From IMG/VR virus record IMGVR_UViG_3300012346_000093, positions 1 through 37,163 of that record: 37,163 bases of DNA; one strand, written 5' to 3'. Made by a program: the position numbers and the translations under genes. Positions 1-8,875 of the stretch are shown here, in pieces; position 1 is the first letter of the stretch; each line of letters starts with the position of its first letter. Below the pieces are notes generated by a model. It was not told the origin of the DNA and ran no database searches. It saw nothing but the letters and a program-made list of their open reading frames with translations. The stretch is from a virus (lineage: Duplodnaviria > Caudoviricetes).

Positions 1-1109
1 GCCTTGAGGATGGGAGCCAGGTCGCCTTCCGGAATGTTCTCGTTGATGTAGCCAATGACGCCGCCAAGAGTGACATTGTTTTCCAACTCGCCAGCTTTCT
101 CTGCTGCTTTGTAGGCGGCGCGGGTCTTGTTCTTTGCGGCGGTAAGGCCTTCTGTCAAAGATTTGACAACTGCCCCGCCGGTGGCTGACAAGTCCATGAG
201 CTGGGCGTCTGTCATATCGACCAAGGCGTCAAAGTTTTGCAAGGCTTGAAGGTTGTTTTCCTCGGCACGCTGGCGCAGAGGGCCGCCGAGATCGCTTTTT
301 ATCTGTTCCTTCTCAAAGGCCAGTTGTTGGGCGTCTCTGGTGGCCGCGCCTTTGGTGAGGGTGACGGGCACGGGCAGGCCTTCTGCCGTTGTGGTGCGCC
401 GCAATGCCTCTGGTGTGGCCGCTGCACCGCCTGAGACGCGAGCGCCTGCTGTGGGAGTCACTGCCGGTGCTTCCATGCCCAATGTCTCGCGCACAGCGGT
501 TGTGGCCGCCTGCACGGGCCTGGCGATGGCTTGGCCTGTGGCGCGTGCACCGCGCTGGGCTGCTGCACCTGCAATCTGCCCGGCTGCGCCTACGGTTGGG
601 GCTGCGGTGCGTGCGGCCTGCATCACAGCGCCAGGGGCCGCAATAACGGGCAAGACGGGGGGTAGGGCTTGGCTCAAGAATTGGCCTGCCTGCTGCGTCA
701 TTTCCTGGCCTTCTGGCGTGCGTGGCGTATATGCAAGTGCCTCAGTAAATTGTTGAGCACCTTTCGCCGCCGATTGCTCGACTGCACGCATGGCTTCTGG
801 CGTGCCAAACTGGCCGCCAAGAATTTGTTGAGCAAGGCCTTCACCAAGACCCTTCCATGCCCCAGCCGTACCGAGTACTGCTCCGCTACCAAGGGCCAAT
901 GCAGCCTCTCCTGCGCCAGCAAGCTGTTGACCAATTTGCTGAACAACCCCAGGCTGCTGGGGCAGTGGTGCGTTTTGCTGTTGAAAGGTGGCTGTGTTCT
1001 CACGTTCTTTGGCAAGCTGGTAGGCCTGAGCCACAGTATCGAACTCAGGGGATCCACGCTTGCTGGAGTTCTGAACAATCCATGCGGCGTATTCTTGTGC
1101 TGTTGCCAT
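1..1109 (-). CDS. Large ejection (DNA transfer) protein, N-terminal part; runs off the window start; not in ORF track
   Basis: ATG at 1109 overlaps the TAA of the upstream gene (TAATG). Frame MATAQEYAAWIVQNSSKRGSPEFDTVAQAY... is open to position 1. Ala/Gly/Gln-rich; third gene of the ejection cluster. Confidence 0.75.
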   Translation of the reverse strand, partial: MATAQEYAAWIVQNSSKRGSPEFDTVAQAYQLAKERENTATFQQQNAPLPQQPGVVQQIGQQLAGAGEAALALGSGAVLGTAGAWKGLGEGLAQQILGGQFGTPEAMRAVEQSAAKGAQQFTEALAYTPRTPEGQEMTQQAGQFLSQALPPVLPVIAAPGAVMQAARTAAPTVGAAGQIAGAAAQRGARATGQAIARPVQAATTAVRETLGMEAPAVTPTAGARVSGGAAATPEALRRTTTAEGLPVPVTLTKGAATRDAQQLAFEKEQIKSDLGGPLRQRAEENNLQALQNFDALVDMTDAQLMDLSATGGAVVKSLTEGLTAAKNKTRAAYKAAEKAGELENNVTLGGVIGYINENIPEGDLAPILK

Positions 1110-2596
1110 TAGCGAACCCCGCGAATGATTGCTTCGGCTTGCGCCTCAATGCTTGATGCTGCGGCCATTGGTTGCGGGTTGCGATCCGTGGGGATCTGAT
1201 TAACCAGTGTGCTTTGTGCTGGTGTGGTGAATTTCTTCACAACATCCCTTGTTGCCCGTTCAGCAAAATCAGCATAAGTCTCGCCTGGCTTTACCGAATA
1301 ATCGCCAGCAATAAAAGGCTTGTTGGCTCGTCCAAGCTGGCCTTTGTTTTGCGTTAGCCAGTCGGTTTTTGCTCCGTCTAACGCGGCGGCAATGGCTTGC
1401 TCCTTTGCCATGCCGCGAAGGAATTGCGCCATGATTTGCGGGTTAGCGTTCGCTTTTGGTATGCCTTGCAGTGCTGTGTTCAAGTCTGCATCAGAGAATC
1501 CACCAGTTGCACCGGCAGCCTTGTAGGCCTTGATGCCCGCACTGTTGGCAAGCCTGGTGTACTCGTTCTGAATGGCGGTGCGGAAATCCTGATTTCCGAA
1601 TTGAGATTTGGACCACTCGCCCAAGCTGTTGAGCGCACCCCATGAATTTCCAAGACCATCAAGTTGCTTGGCCAAATCCGAATATTGCGATGATGCTTGT
1701 TTTGAAACGGCTGCACTTTGCGCAGATTCATTGACAAGTTTTTGTGCGGCTTCAGGTAGTGCACTCAGTTGGTTTTGAATGCTTGCCATCTTTTCAGATG
1801 CTGTTGCAAGTGCCTGCTGGGTTTGAGCCTGAGTTAGAACAGCCGTAAGATTTTTTGCACGCAAGTCTGCAATTTGTTGTCTCTCTGTGAACAGACTCTC
1901 AATTTGAGCTTTTTTGGCTTTGGCTTGCTCTAATTCACGTTCTGCTGCGGCCTTGGCGATGTCGTCAGGTGCTGTTCGCATCTTGACCATGGCATCAGCT
2001 TCTTCTTTATCAGCCGCCGCAAGTTTCTGGCGCAACTCTGCCGGGGCTTGGGCCTCTGCCCTGCGTTCGCCGCCCAACTTGATAATGTTTTCAACAATTT
2101 TGTCACCGCCTGGCAGGCGCAAAAGTTCAGCGGTGAAGAAGTTTTGCGAAGCTGTTGGATTGACTTCGGTCACGCCGCGCCACGTCTCCAAAAACTTTGC
2201 GCCTTCCTCATTTCCTGAGTTGCGCATTGCGGTGGCTTGCTCTGTGAGATAGTTTTGGGCAATGTCATTTTCACCAGCGAAAAGAGCGGACACAACTTTT
2301 CCTGCGCTGCTGAGTGCATTTTGTTTTTGTGCATCTGTTTTCAGTGCAAATGCTTTCAGCACCGTCTCGCTTTGATCTTTGGGCAAGATCATTGCAAGGT
2401 TTGCAACGTCATCAACCGTTGCACCTGGTTGGCGTATCTTGGCCAAGCCGTCCAGAATGACTTTTTGGTTGGCCATCTGCTGCTGCTGTTGCTGTTGTTT
2501 CAGGCCAACATCTTGAATGGCTGCGCCCGTCTTAAATGCGCTCAGAAACGATTGCGTTGGGTCTTGAATCTCGACGCCGTAGTTGATGGGTTCCAT
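1109..2596 (-). CDS. Ejection/internal virion protein (P22 gp20-like position)
   Basis: 495 aa, helical Ala/Gln-rich; lies between the gp7-like gene and the large ejection gene. Confidence 0.7.
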   Translation of the reverse strand: MEPINYGVEIQDPTQSFLSAFKTGAAIQDVGLKQQQQQQQMANQKVILDGLAKIRQPGATVDDVANLAMILPKDQSETVLKAFALKTDAQKQNALSSAGKVVSALFAGENDIAQNYLTEQATAMRNSGNEEGAKFLETWRGVTEVNPTASQNFFTAELLRLPGGDKIVENIIKLGGERRAEAQAPAELRQKLAAADKEEADAMVKMRTAPDDIAKAAAERELEQAKAKKAQIESLFTERQQIADLRAKNLTAVLTQAQTQQALATASEKMASIQNQLSALPEAAQKLVNESAQSAAVSKQASSQYSDLAKQLDGLGNSWGALNSLGEWSKSQFGNQDFRTAIQNEYTRLANSAGIKAYKAAGATGGFSDADLNTALQGIPKANANPQIMAQFLRGMAKEQAIAAALDGAKTDWLTQNKGQLGRANKPFIAGDYSVKPGETYADFAERATRDVVKKFTTPAQSTLVNQIPTDRNPQPMAAASSIEAQAEAIIRGVR

Positions 2597-2605
2597 GGTG
2601 CGCCT

Positions 2606-3358
2606 TTAAAAGTTCAAGCCGAGGTCTTGGTTGCCGTAGGCAAGACCAGAACCAAAGCCGGAGGAGCCAATAGGCGTTTGCGAGAATTGGGCTTGCAGGT
2701 TTGAGCCGCCACCAAATGAATTCCCAAGACCGTTGTAAAGGCCAAAACCACCTGAGATTGCCGCCGGGATCGCGCCAAATGCTTTGCCTTGGGCGATTTC
2801 ACCGCCAGCAGCTGCTGCGCCTTGTTGCCCAAGCAAGTTGGCCACGTTTGCGCCCGTGGACATGCCTGCATTGCCTGTTCGTGCGGCTGCGTTTTGGCCT
2901 AGGGCTGACAGACCTCCGAGGCGCTCGTATTGCTGATTGATCAGGCCAGAGAGCAAGGCAGGCCGGAACTGAGCCAATGCGCCTTGCACGTTGCCGCCAC
3001 GCAGGCCGCCGGTGGCCGATGCGTTTTGAAGGATGGCGTTCTCGCCTTGCTGCTGGAGGGCTTGAAACTGTGGGCCGCTTTGCAGGGCGTTGATGGCTTG
3101 CTGCTGGGCCTCGGGGGTGCCCATACCGAGCAAGGCCTGCTGTTGGGCCAATGCGCCTGTGCCTGCCTGTGCATAAGGCTGCAAGAGCTTTTGCACGGCA
3201 TCAAACTGGCGGCGCTGTTCGTCAATGCCTCCTTGGGCTGCTTGGCCTTGAATTGCTGCCGCATCCCCTGCTGCTTGACTCTGCATGTAGCCAGATGCAA
3301 GTGTGGCACCGCCAACGGCAAGGCCTGCCAGTGCTGCGCCGGATAGTCCGAATGTCAT
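2606..3358 (-). CDS. Ejection protein, P22 gp7-like
   Basis: Hydrophobic Gly/Ala N-terminus; motifs QRRQFD..LLQPY..AG and ASATGGLRGGN typical of gp7-like proteins. Confidence 0.8.
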   Translation of the reverse strand: MTFGLSGAALAGLAVGGATLASGYMQSQAAGDAAAIQGQAAQGGIDEQRRQFDAVQKLLQPYAQAGTGALAQQQALLGMGTPEAQQQAINALQSGPQFQALQQQGENAILQNASATGGLRGGNVQGALAQFRPALLSGLINQQYERLGGLSALGQNAAARTGNAGMSTGANVANLLGQQGAAAAGGEIAQGKAFGAIPAAISGGFGLYNGLGNSFGGGSNLQAQFSQTPIGSSGFGSGLAYGNQDLGLNF

Positions 3359-3813
3359 TGTGATTTCTCCAATTGCGCCGTTTTGACAGCCTCAAGGGCT
3401 GGTGCTGGCGCTGGAATGGTGAACATGTCCCACAGGGCGTGCGGGTCTTGTTCGTTGGTGGGATTTGCGTGGAATGTGGTCACTTCAACATCTGTCAGAG
3501 CGATGCCAGCACGCTTGGTGTTGATGTTGGAAACGCTCATGTCACCAGGGCCAAGGGTTTTAGGTCCGTTGTCGGTGCTCACAATCAATTGGCCTTTGCG
3601 CACCAAAAAGAACGATTCCTCTTTGTGCACTGCACCCGTTAGGACTGTGCCTGTTGGGATGTGCATGGTGCGAGCATAGAGGCCATTGCAGAAGGCATGA
3701 TCGACTGGCATCTCAACCTGTGGGAGTTTGAGCAGTTCAGCTTCGAGGCGGTAGATTGGCAGGTGCGCGGTTGGCACTTGCTTTTCGATTTCCTGAGTCG
3801 TGATGTTGCTCAT
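3355..3813 (-). CDS. Cupin-fold protein
   Basis: SD CAGGAG before ATG 3813; HAFCNGLYARTMHIP.G..LTGAVHKEE...TTFH cupin-like pattern. Confidence 0.65.
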   Translation of the reverse strand: MSNITTQEIEKQVPTAHLPIYRLEAELLKLPQVEMPVDHAFCNGLYARTMHIPTGTVLTGAVHKEESFFLVRKGQLIVSTDNGPKTLGPGDMSVSNINTKRAGIALTDVEVTTFHANPTNEQDPHALWDMFTIPAPAPALEAVKTAQLEKSQ

Positions 3814-3892
3814 GGTGCACTCCTGTGAAGGGTGAGCCACTGGCAGCTCGGTCAGCTCAGTGCGGCGATTGTCCCACATTTGCATGGCCTGC

Positions 3893-4291
3893 TCAATCCA
3901 TCTCAAATTCGCGTTCTTCCCAGGCTTGGCATGAGCGCAAGTCATGGCAAATGAAGTCGAATTTTTGACAGTAACCACGAAAGCCTGCGCCGGTATCCCA
4001 ATCGTTGCGCGGGATGCGCTCCATCTTGGCCTGCGTCATGGTGCTGTTGTCGTAGTACTCGCAGTTGGAGCAACGGCGGCGGCGTGCTTCTTTCTCGTCA
4101 ACCTGCATGGCCTGGCCAAGTGCAACCCAGTAGGTCTTGTTGGCCGTTGGCTCGTTGCTGGGGTTTTCTGGTCCGAGCATCCAATCGTCGATCACTGTCT
4201 GGGTGTTCTTTTTGTTCTCGGATGCGGTGATGAATTCCTCGCCCATGGGAAGGCCTGCAAAGCCTTTGGGAATGATCATGAATTTGTCCAT
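3893..4291 (-). CDS. Cys-rich hypothetical protein, probably metal-binding
   Basis: SD AAGGA before ATG 4291; CSNC...GYC..FDFIC...RSC..W. Confidence 0.7.
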   Translation of the reverse strand: MDKFMIIPKGFAGLPMGEEFITASENKKNTQTVIDDWMLGPENPSNEPTANKTYWVALGQAMQVDEKEARRRRCSNCEYYDNSTMTQAKMERIPRNDWDTGAGFRGYCQKFDFICHDLRSCQAWEEREFEMD

Positions 4292-4301
4292 GGGATGTCC
4301 T

Positions 4302-4898
4302 TTAAGTTGGTGCCACGTAGGCGGTGATGATGCCATCGACGAAGGTCAGAGAACCGTCTGTTCCAGCCAGCGTGATCTTGGCCAATGCTGCCGTGCCAGA
4401 GATGCCGCCAGCGGTGCCGATGGTGATGGCCCCGGCTGCATTGGTGATGCTGATGCCTGGGCCTTCCGTGAGTGTGGCTTTGGTCAGCGTGTTGCCGGTG
4501 CTGTTGCCGATCAGTAGCTGGCCATCGGTGAAGCTACTTTGACCTGTGCCGCCACGGCTGACTGCGAGTTGTCCGGCCCATGCCAGTGTCAGAGAAACAG
4601 CGGCCAGCAGCGCATTGGCCGGGTCGCCGCCCAGCGTCAGGGTGACGTTGGTGTCATCTGTCTTCGTGAGGGCTTCTGACGGGATGTCGGCGGCCACCAG
4701 TGGGCGAAATGCCGGGGTTGATGCCGCGCCGCTGGTTGGGCCTGCGTAGACTTGGTTGGCGCTGACGTTCTGAATGGCGATGGCGTCGAGAGTGGCGAAC
4801 AACAACTCAAACTGCCGGATCTGCTGTTGATCGGTCAAGAAGGCCGCGAGCTGGTCGCGAGTCAGGTTGAGGCGGCGGGAGACTGGTGCTGTGGCCAT
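4302..4898 (-). CDS. Virion tail protein (needle/fibre-like)
   Basis: Follows the gp10-like gene; Gly/Thr-rich segments (LAVSRGGTG, GQLLIGNSTGNTLTKATLT). Confidence 0.6.
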   Translation of the reverse strand: MATAPVSRRLNLTRDQLAAFLTDQQQIRQFELLFATLDAIAIQNVSANQVYAGPTSGAASTPAFRPLVAADIPSEALTKTDDTNVTLTLGGDPANALLAAVSLTLAWAGQLAVSRGGTGQSSFTDGQLLIGNSTGNTLTKATLTEGPGISITNAAGAITIGTAGGISGTAALAKITLAGTDGSLTFVDGIITAYVAPT

Positions 4899-4900
4899 GG

Positions 4901-6313
4901 TCAGAATGCCAGTGGTTCAAGTTGGGCTTCAAGGCGCACAAACGAAATGTGTGCATCACTGTCGCCGCGAAAGCGTTGGATTCGCCAGTTGCGCATGTGG
5001 CCCTGCTGGAACCACGCAAGGCGCTTGGCCGTGTTGCCTGTGGTGCCCACGCTGATGGCGCGGTCTTGGCTCCATGCAAGGCCATCGGTGCTGTAACTGG
5101 TGCTGATCTGCGGGTTGGTGCCCAGCGTCACGCTGCCGGTGAGGCTGACAAGCTCCAGGCGGTTGAAGATCGCGCCGTTGCCTTCGTTGTAGACGATGGA
5201 TGTGCCGAACTCCCAGCGCACCTGCTGATCCCAATGGTGGCCCGTGGCTTGGCTGAAGTAGCCGAGATTGTTGGAGAGTGGATCGCCTACGAGCCACTTG
5301 TCGTAGCACCACACAAAGTTGCGTGCGCGGTACTGGCTGAAACCTGTCACGCTGCTGGTAAGAGTAAACCAGACCTGTGTTTGCAATGCCTCTGATGCTG
5401 CCGCGTCATAGACGATGGTGCGGTCTGGGAGGTGGACGTAAAGGTGTTGGTGCGCCTTGTCGTTGCGTGCTTCGAGTTTGACCAGCGAGAGCTGTTCCTC
5501 TGTGTAGGTGGCCAGCAGTTCGTCGATTTCTTGGGTGCTGAGTTTTTGGGTGGTGGCGGCTGCGCCCACGTAGATGGCCGGGGCTTCGTTGCGGCCACTG
5601 CCCAAGAAGGCGATGCGGTCGAGGTAGACGCAGCAGGCAAAGGTGCCGACAACGCCTTTTTGAATCTGTGCGCCGTCGATGCGTGCGAAGGGAAACAGGT
5701 CGCCACCCACGTTGTCGAAGACCTCAATGGTGTGGCGGTTGAGGGCGTGCACCTCGTTGCGCAGTTTGAGCAGGGCCACCACCGGGTCTGGGTCAACTTC
5801 TGAACTGCCGTACTTCAGCGGGTTGACTGAAAAAGGGTCGTTCAGTTCGGTGACGATGAGGTTTTCACCGTCCGTGGTCATGAAATAACCATCAACCCAG
5901 CAGAAGTCCAGGACGGTCCCGAGATCTGGGTCTGTGACCTGGGCCAATGTGGTGCCGTCCCAATAGTACAGACGGCCACCGGAGGCAATAGCCAAGAAGT
6001 CAAAGCTGTAATCAAAGGTTACGAGACCCGATGTGGGGCCGCCCACGTCACCCAGCACTGTGACCGCGCCAGTGTTGGAGACCGACACCAGCTTGGTGCC
6101 CATGACGCGGTAGCAAATGCCATTCCAGTCCATGCCGCCCCGATCTGCCCCCGGTCCTGTGCCATTGGCCACAATGCCGTCTGCTGGCCGCAAGAATCCG
6201 TTGCTGATGCCGGACTGAAGCGGCACGGGCGTCATGTTGATGGGATAAGCGGTGCGCAGCTCTGGGGTGCTGTCAGCATAGATGCCGTTGAGGATTGGAA
6301 TTTGCATACTCAA
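4901..6313 (-). CDS. Tail hub / packaged-DNA stabilisation protein, P22 gp10-like
   Basis: 470 aa beta-rich; size, position and motifs (YPINM.PV, DGYF, SYSTDGLAWS) match gp10-like proteins. Confidence 0.85.
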   Translation of the reverse strand: MSMQIPILNGIYADSTPELRTAYPINMTPVPLQSGISNGFLRPADGIVANGTGPGADRGGMDWNGICYRVMGTKLVSVSNTGAVTVLGDVGGPTSGLVTFDYSFDFLAIASGGRLYYWDGTTLAQVTDPDLGTVLDFCWVDGYFMTTDGENLIVTELNDPFSVNPLKYGSSEVDPDPVVALLKLRNEVHALNRHTIEVFDNVGGDLFPFARIDGAQIQKGVVGTFACCVYLDRIAFLGSGRNEAPAIYVGAAATTQKLSTQEIDELLATYTEEQLSLVKLEARNDKAHQHLYVHLPDRTIVYDAAASEALQTQVWFTLTSSVTGFSQYRARNFVWCYDKWLVGDPLSNNLGYFSQATGHHWDQQVRWEFGTSIVYNEGNGAIFNRLELVSLTGSVTLGTNPQISTSYSTDGLAWSQDRAISVGTTGNTAKRLAWFQQGHMRNWRIQRFRGDSDAHISFVRLEAQLEPLAF

Positions 6314-7260
6314 AAATTGATGTGCAGTTTGAAAGCCTCAAGTCGCATCAAGTTGTTTGCCGTGGCTGGCTGCACTGTGATGGCGAAGGTCTGATCCACG
6401 GTGGTGTCAACGCTCAAGAACACGTTTGCGCCAGTGGACAGGCCATGGCCGACCGCGCTCGCCGAGTTGCTGACCACTTGGGAATTGCCACGGTTGCACA
6501 TGAGTTTTTGAACGCATGCACTGGCATTGTTGGCCGCTGCGGCCGAAAGCAAAGTCCCGCCGCCGTAGGTCATGCCCAAGGTCTTGACGGTGGAGTTGTT
6601 GGTCAGGCTGAACAGAGCGTCGATTTCCATGCCGCCGCCTGTGCCCATGGCCCAGCCTGGGACGGTGACGGATGCCACTGTCACTGCCGTATTGGCCACG
6701 GCCACGGTGGGCGTGCCCAAGCCGGTGACGTAGGTCAGGTCAATGGTGATGGCCACGCCAGTGGTATCGGCATCAAGGGCGGTGACTTCGTAGAAGCCAT
6801 TGACGCCTGTGCCTGTTGCCCATGTGACATAAATGTCTTCACCGACTGCTACGGCGGCTGTGAGGCCGTGAGCGCCTGCGCTGACCAACCGGACCTTGCC
6901 CGCGTTGGTGTTGTAGGTCAGGGTGGTGAAGGTGGCGGCAGGTTGCACCAAGCTGACCGGGGCAAGGCTGCCAATGACCAGCGGGGGGAAGCTGCGCAGT
7001 TGGGGCTGTGTGCCAATGTCGTACTCAACGGAGGCGTTGCGGTTGGAGATGCGGATAACCCGGTCTTCACCGTAAGGGCCGAAGGTTTGGGCAGTGTTGA
7101 ACAGGCTGCCAATGGTGGTGTAGATCCACGGCTGGCCGGGGATGGCCGCACGCAACTGCACGGTGGTGGGCTGGTCGCCAGTGTTGCCGATGCTGATCAA
7201 CTGGTTGGCCGGAAGGGTGACGTCAAGGTCGTTCTGTGTGAGGCTGGGCTGAATGTTCAT
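6310..7260 (-). CDS. Putative virion structural protein
   Basis: 316 aa Thr/Ala/Val-rich; coupled to the gp10-like gene. Confidence 0.6.
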   Translation of the reverse strand: MNIQPSLTQNDLDVTLPANQLISIGNTGDQPTTVQLRAAIPGQPWIYTTIGSLFNTAQTFGPYGEDRVIRISNRNASVEYDIGTQPQLRSFPPLVIGSLAPVSLVQPAATFTTLTYNTNAGKVRLVSAGAHGLTAAVAVGEDIYVTWATGTGVNGFYEVTALDADTTGVAITIDLTYVTGLGTPTVAVANTAVTVASVTVPGWAMGTGGGMEIDALFSLTNNSTVKTLGMTYGGGTLLSAAAANNASACVQKLMCNRGNSQVVSNSASAVGHGLSTGANVFLSVDTTVDQTFAITVQPATANNLMRLEAFKLHINF

Positions 7261-7275
7261 GGCGGTTCCTTGGGG

Positions 7276-7731
7276 TTAAGCAACGCGATACCAGCTGTTA
7301 GTGGCTTGGTAGAAGCGCATCGTGAAGAAGGCGTTGGCGGCCAGTGTGGTGGGCGCACCGAATGCTGCGGCTGCACCGTTAAGCGCCAATGTGAAGCTGG
7401 TGATGATCTGGGTGCTTGTGACCAGTACCTGTGTGCCGTCTGGAACGCTTGTGTTCAAGGGCAGGGTGACAGTGCCAGCGGCCAAGGTTCCGGCAGGCTG
7501 CAAGATCATCCACTGTTGCTCTGTGGTGGGCGTGGGGACGGTGATGTTGAAGCCGGTGCCAAGCGTGTACAGGTTGGTGGCCACGGTGGGGGCGGCGAAG
7601 GTGGCCTGAAAGTATTGCAGCAACTGCGTGACCGAAACCCGGCGTGCGTCACCGTTGTTGGGCACATAGACCGGAAACTGATCGCCGCCCGAGAGCTGCG
7701 AGAGTGGCGAGAGTTGGTTGATCGTTGGCAT
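7276..7731 (-). CDS. Putative virion structural protein
   Basis: 151 aa beta-rich, in the head-tail cluster. Confidence 0.6.
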   Translation of the reverse strand: MPTINQLSPLSQLSGGDQFPVYVPNNGDARRVSVTQLLQYFQATFAAPTVATNLYTLGTGFNITVPTPTTEQQWMILQPAGTLAAGTVTLPLNTSVPDGTQVLVTSTQIITSFTLALNGAAAAFGAPTTLAANAFFTMRFYQATNSWYRVA

Positions 7732-7740
7732 GTTGGGCTT

Positions 7741-8223
7741 TCAGTTGTATTCGATGGGGCCGTCACCGCCTGCAAGGACGGGATCGACTGGACGGCGCAA
7801 GAATGGGTCATCGTAGACGCGCCAAGGTTTGTTGCCTGCGCCTGATGGCATGGTGCCGGGCATCTGCTGTTCCATCGGCATGGCGGCGCGTGACAGGAGT
7901 GTGTTGTAGGACTCTTTGGCCGTGGCCTTGGTGTCGGGCATCACCTGCTTGCCGTAGGACGGGGCCAACTTGATCGCCAGGTTGGAATAAATGGCTTCGT
8001 TGGCGCTGTCTGGGCAGTTGGTTTGCTCGTCGAGATCGCTGTCTTGTGGGCTGGATGGCAGCGGGTAGCCCAAGCGAATGCCAAGGGCGTTCCATGCGGC
8101 CATCATGGTGTCGAGACGCCGAAGGGCTGATTGAAGCTGTTCTGGCGTGAGGTCGAAGACGTAAGAGGCAAGGCCAATTTCTTCAAATGCCTGGGTGACG
8201 TATTGGCGCTTGGTCCATCCCAT
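7741..8223 (-). CDS. Head-tail adaptor, P22 gp4-like
   Basis: TK...V..A..EIGLA...LTPEQLQSALRRLD.MMA.W...GI.LGY...NLAIKLAP.YG...MPSGAGN gp4-family pattern. Confidence 0.85.
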   Translation of the reverse strand: MGWTKRQYVTQAFEEIGLASYVFDLTPEQLQSALRRLDTMMAAWNALGIRLGYPLPSSPQDSDLDEQTNCPDSANEAIYSNLAIKLAPSYGKQVMPDTKATAKESYNTLLSRAAMPMEQQMPGTMPSGAGNKPWRVYDDPFLRRPVDPVLAGGDGPIEYN

Positions 8224-8224
8224 G

Positions 8225-8662
8225 TCAATCTCCTGCGGTGGTTTCGGACAGTCGGTCCGCGATCAATTGTCCCAGCTTTTTGTCTTTGGTGCGACCATCA
8301 AAGCGGATGCCGAGTTCGGTGGCCTTGGCCTCAAGCTCTGCGCGGGTGGGCGGCGCTGTGTCGTTGATGTCTGGCACGGCCTCAATGTGGGCTTGCGGCG
8401 CTTGTTTGCGCAAACCAAGGGGGTTGGCTGGCTTTTTCTTTTTGGTGGGCTTGAGCGCCCATTTTGGCTTTGGCTTGGTCAGGCCGTTGGCTTTGTCGCC
8501 TGCGGCTGTGATGGCGTCAGCCGATGTGAGGTGCCAGCCTTCGGCCAGCTTGGCGTCGAGTTCGTCTTTGGACTGAACGCCGATGTATTTGTACGTTCCG
8601 CCACCGGGCTTTTTGTTCTCGCCTGGGCTGCGGTAAACGAGGGCGGGGAATGCTTGGGTCAT
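8225..8662 (-). CDS. Hypothetical protein with C-terminal HeH/SAP-like motif
   Basis: PTRAELEAKATELGIRFDGRTKDKKL; ATGA-coupled to the upstream small ORF. Confidence 0.65.
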   Translation of the reverse strand: MTQAFPALVYRSPGENKKPGGGTYKYIGVQSKDELDAKLAEGWHLTSADAITAAGDKANGLTKPKPKWALKPTKKKKPANPLGLRKQAPQAHIEAVPDINDTAPPTRAELEAKATELGIRFDGRTKDKKLGQLIADRLSETTAGD

Positions 8663-8817
8663 TTCATGGCCTTCTTTGGCTTGGCTGTTTTGGCGGCTGC
8701 CTTGAAATCTTTGGCAGTGGGTGCGCCTTTGCTGCCGGGCTTGCGCATCTTTTCTTTGCTGCCTGCTTCAATGCGTTCGCGTTTGGCTGCGATGTTGGCG
8801 TAGAGACCTGGTTTCAT
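8659..8817 (-). CDS. Small, very basic protein (52 aa); not in ORF track
   Basis: SD AGGAG; MKPGLYANIAAKRERIEAGSKEKMRKPGSKGAPTAKDFKAAAKTAKPKKAMK; stop overlaps the next ATG. Confidence 0.8.
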   Translation of the reverse strand: MKPGLYANIAAKRERIEAGSKEKMRKPGSKGAPTAKDFKAAAKTAKPKKAMK

Positions 8818-8834
8818 TGGGTGGCGCTCCTATG

Positions 8835-8859
8835 AAAAAGAAGGGGCCGAAGCCCCTTC
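8835..8859 (-). terminator. Rho-independent terminator after the coat gene
   Basis: GAAGGGGC-TTCG-GCCCCTTC followed by TTTTT on the minus strand. Confidence 0.9.
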
Positions 8860-8875
8860 AATTTTGTTGGCCTGA

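Noticed and set aside
237-1156. Several plus-strand ORFs in the track
   Set aside because: Shadows of the minus-strand ejection gene that the track missed because it lacks a stop in the window.
2477-2499. CTG/TTG triplet run
   Set aside because: Encodes a short poly-Gln with mixed codons, ordinary for Gln-rich ejection proteins.
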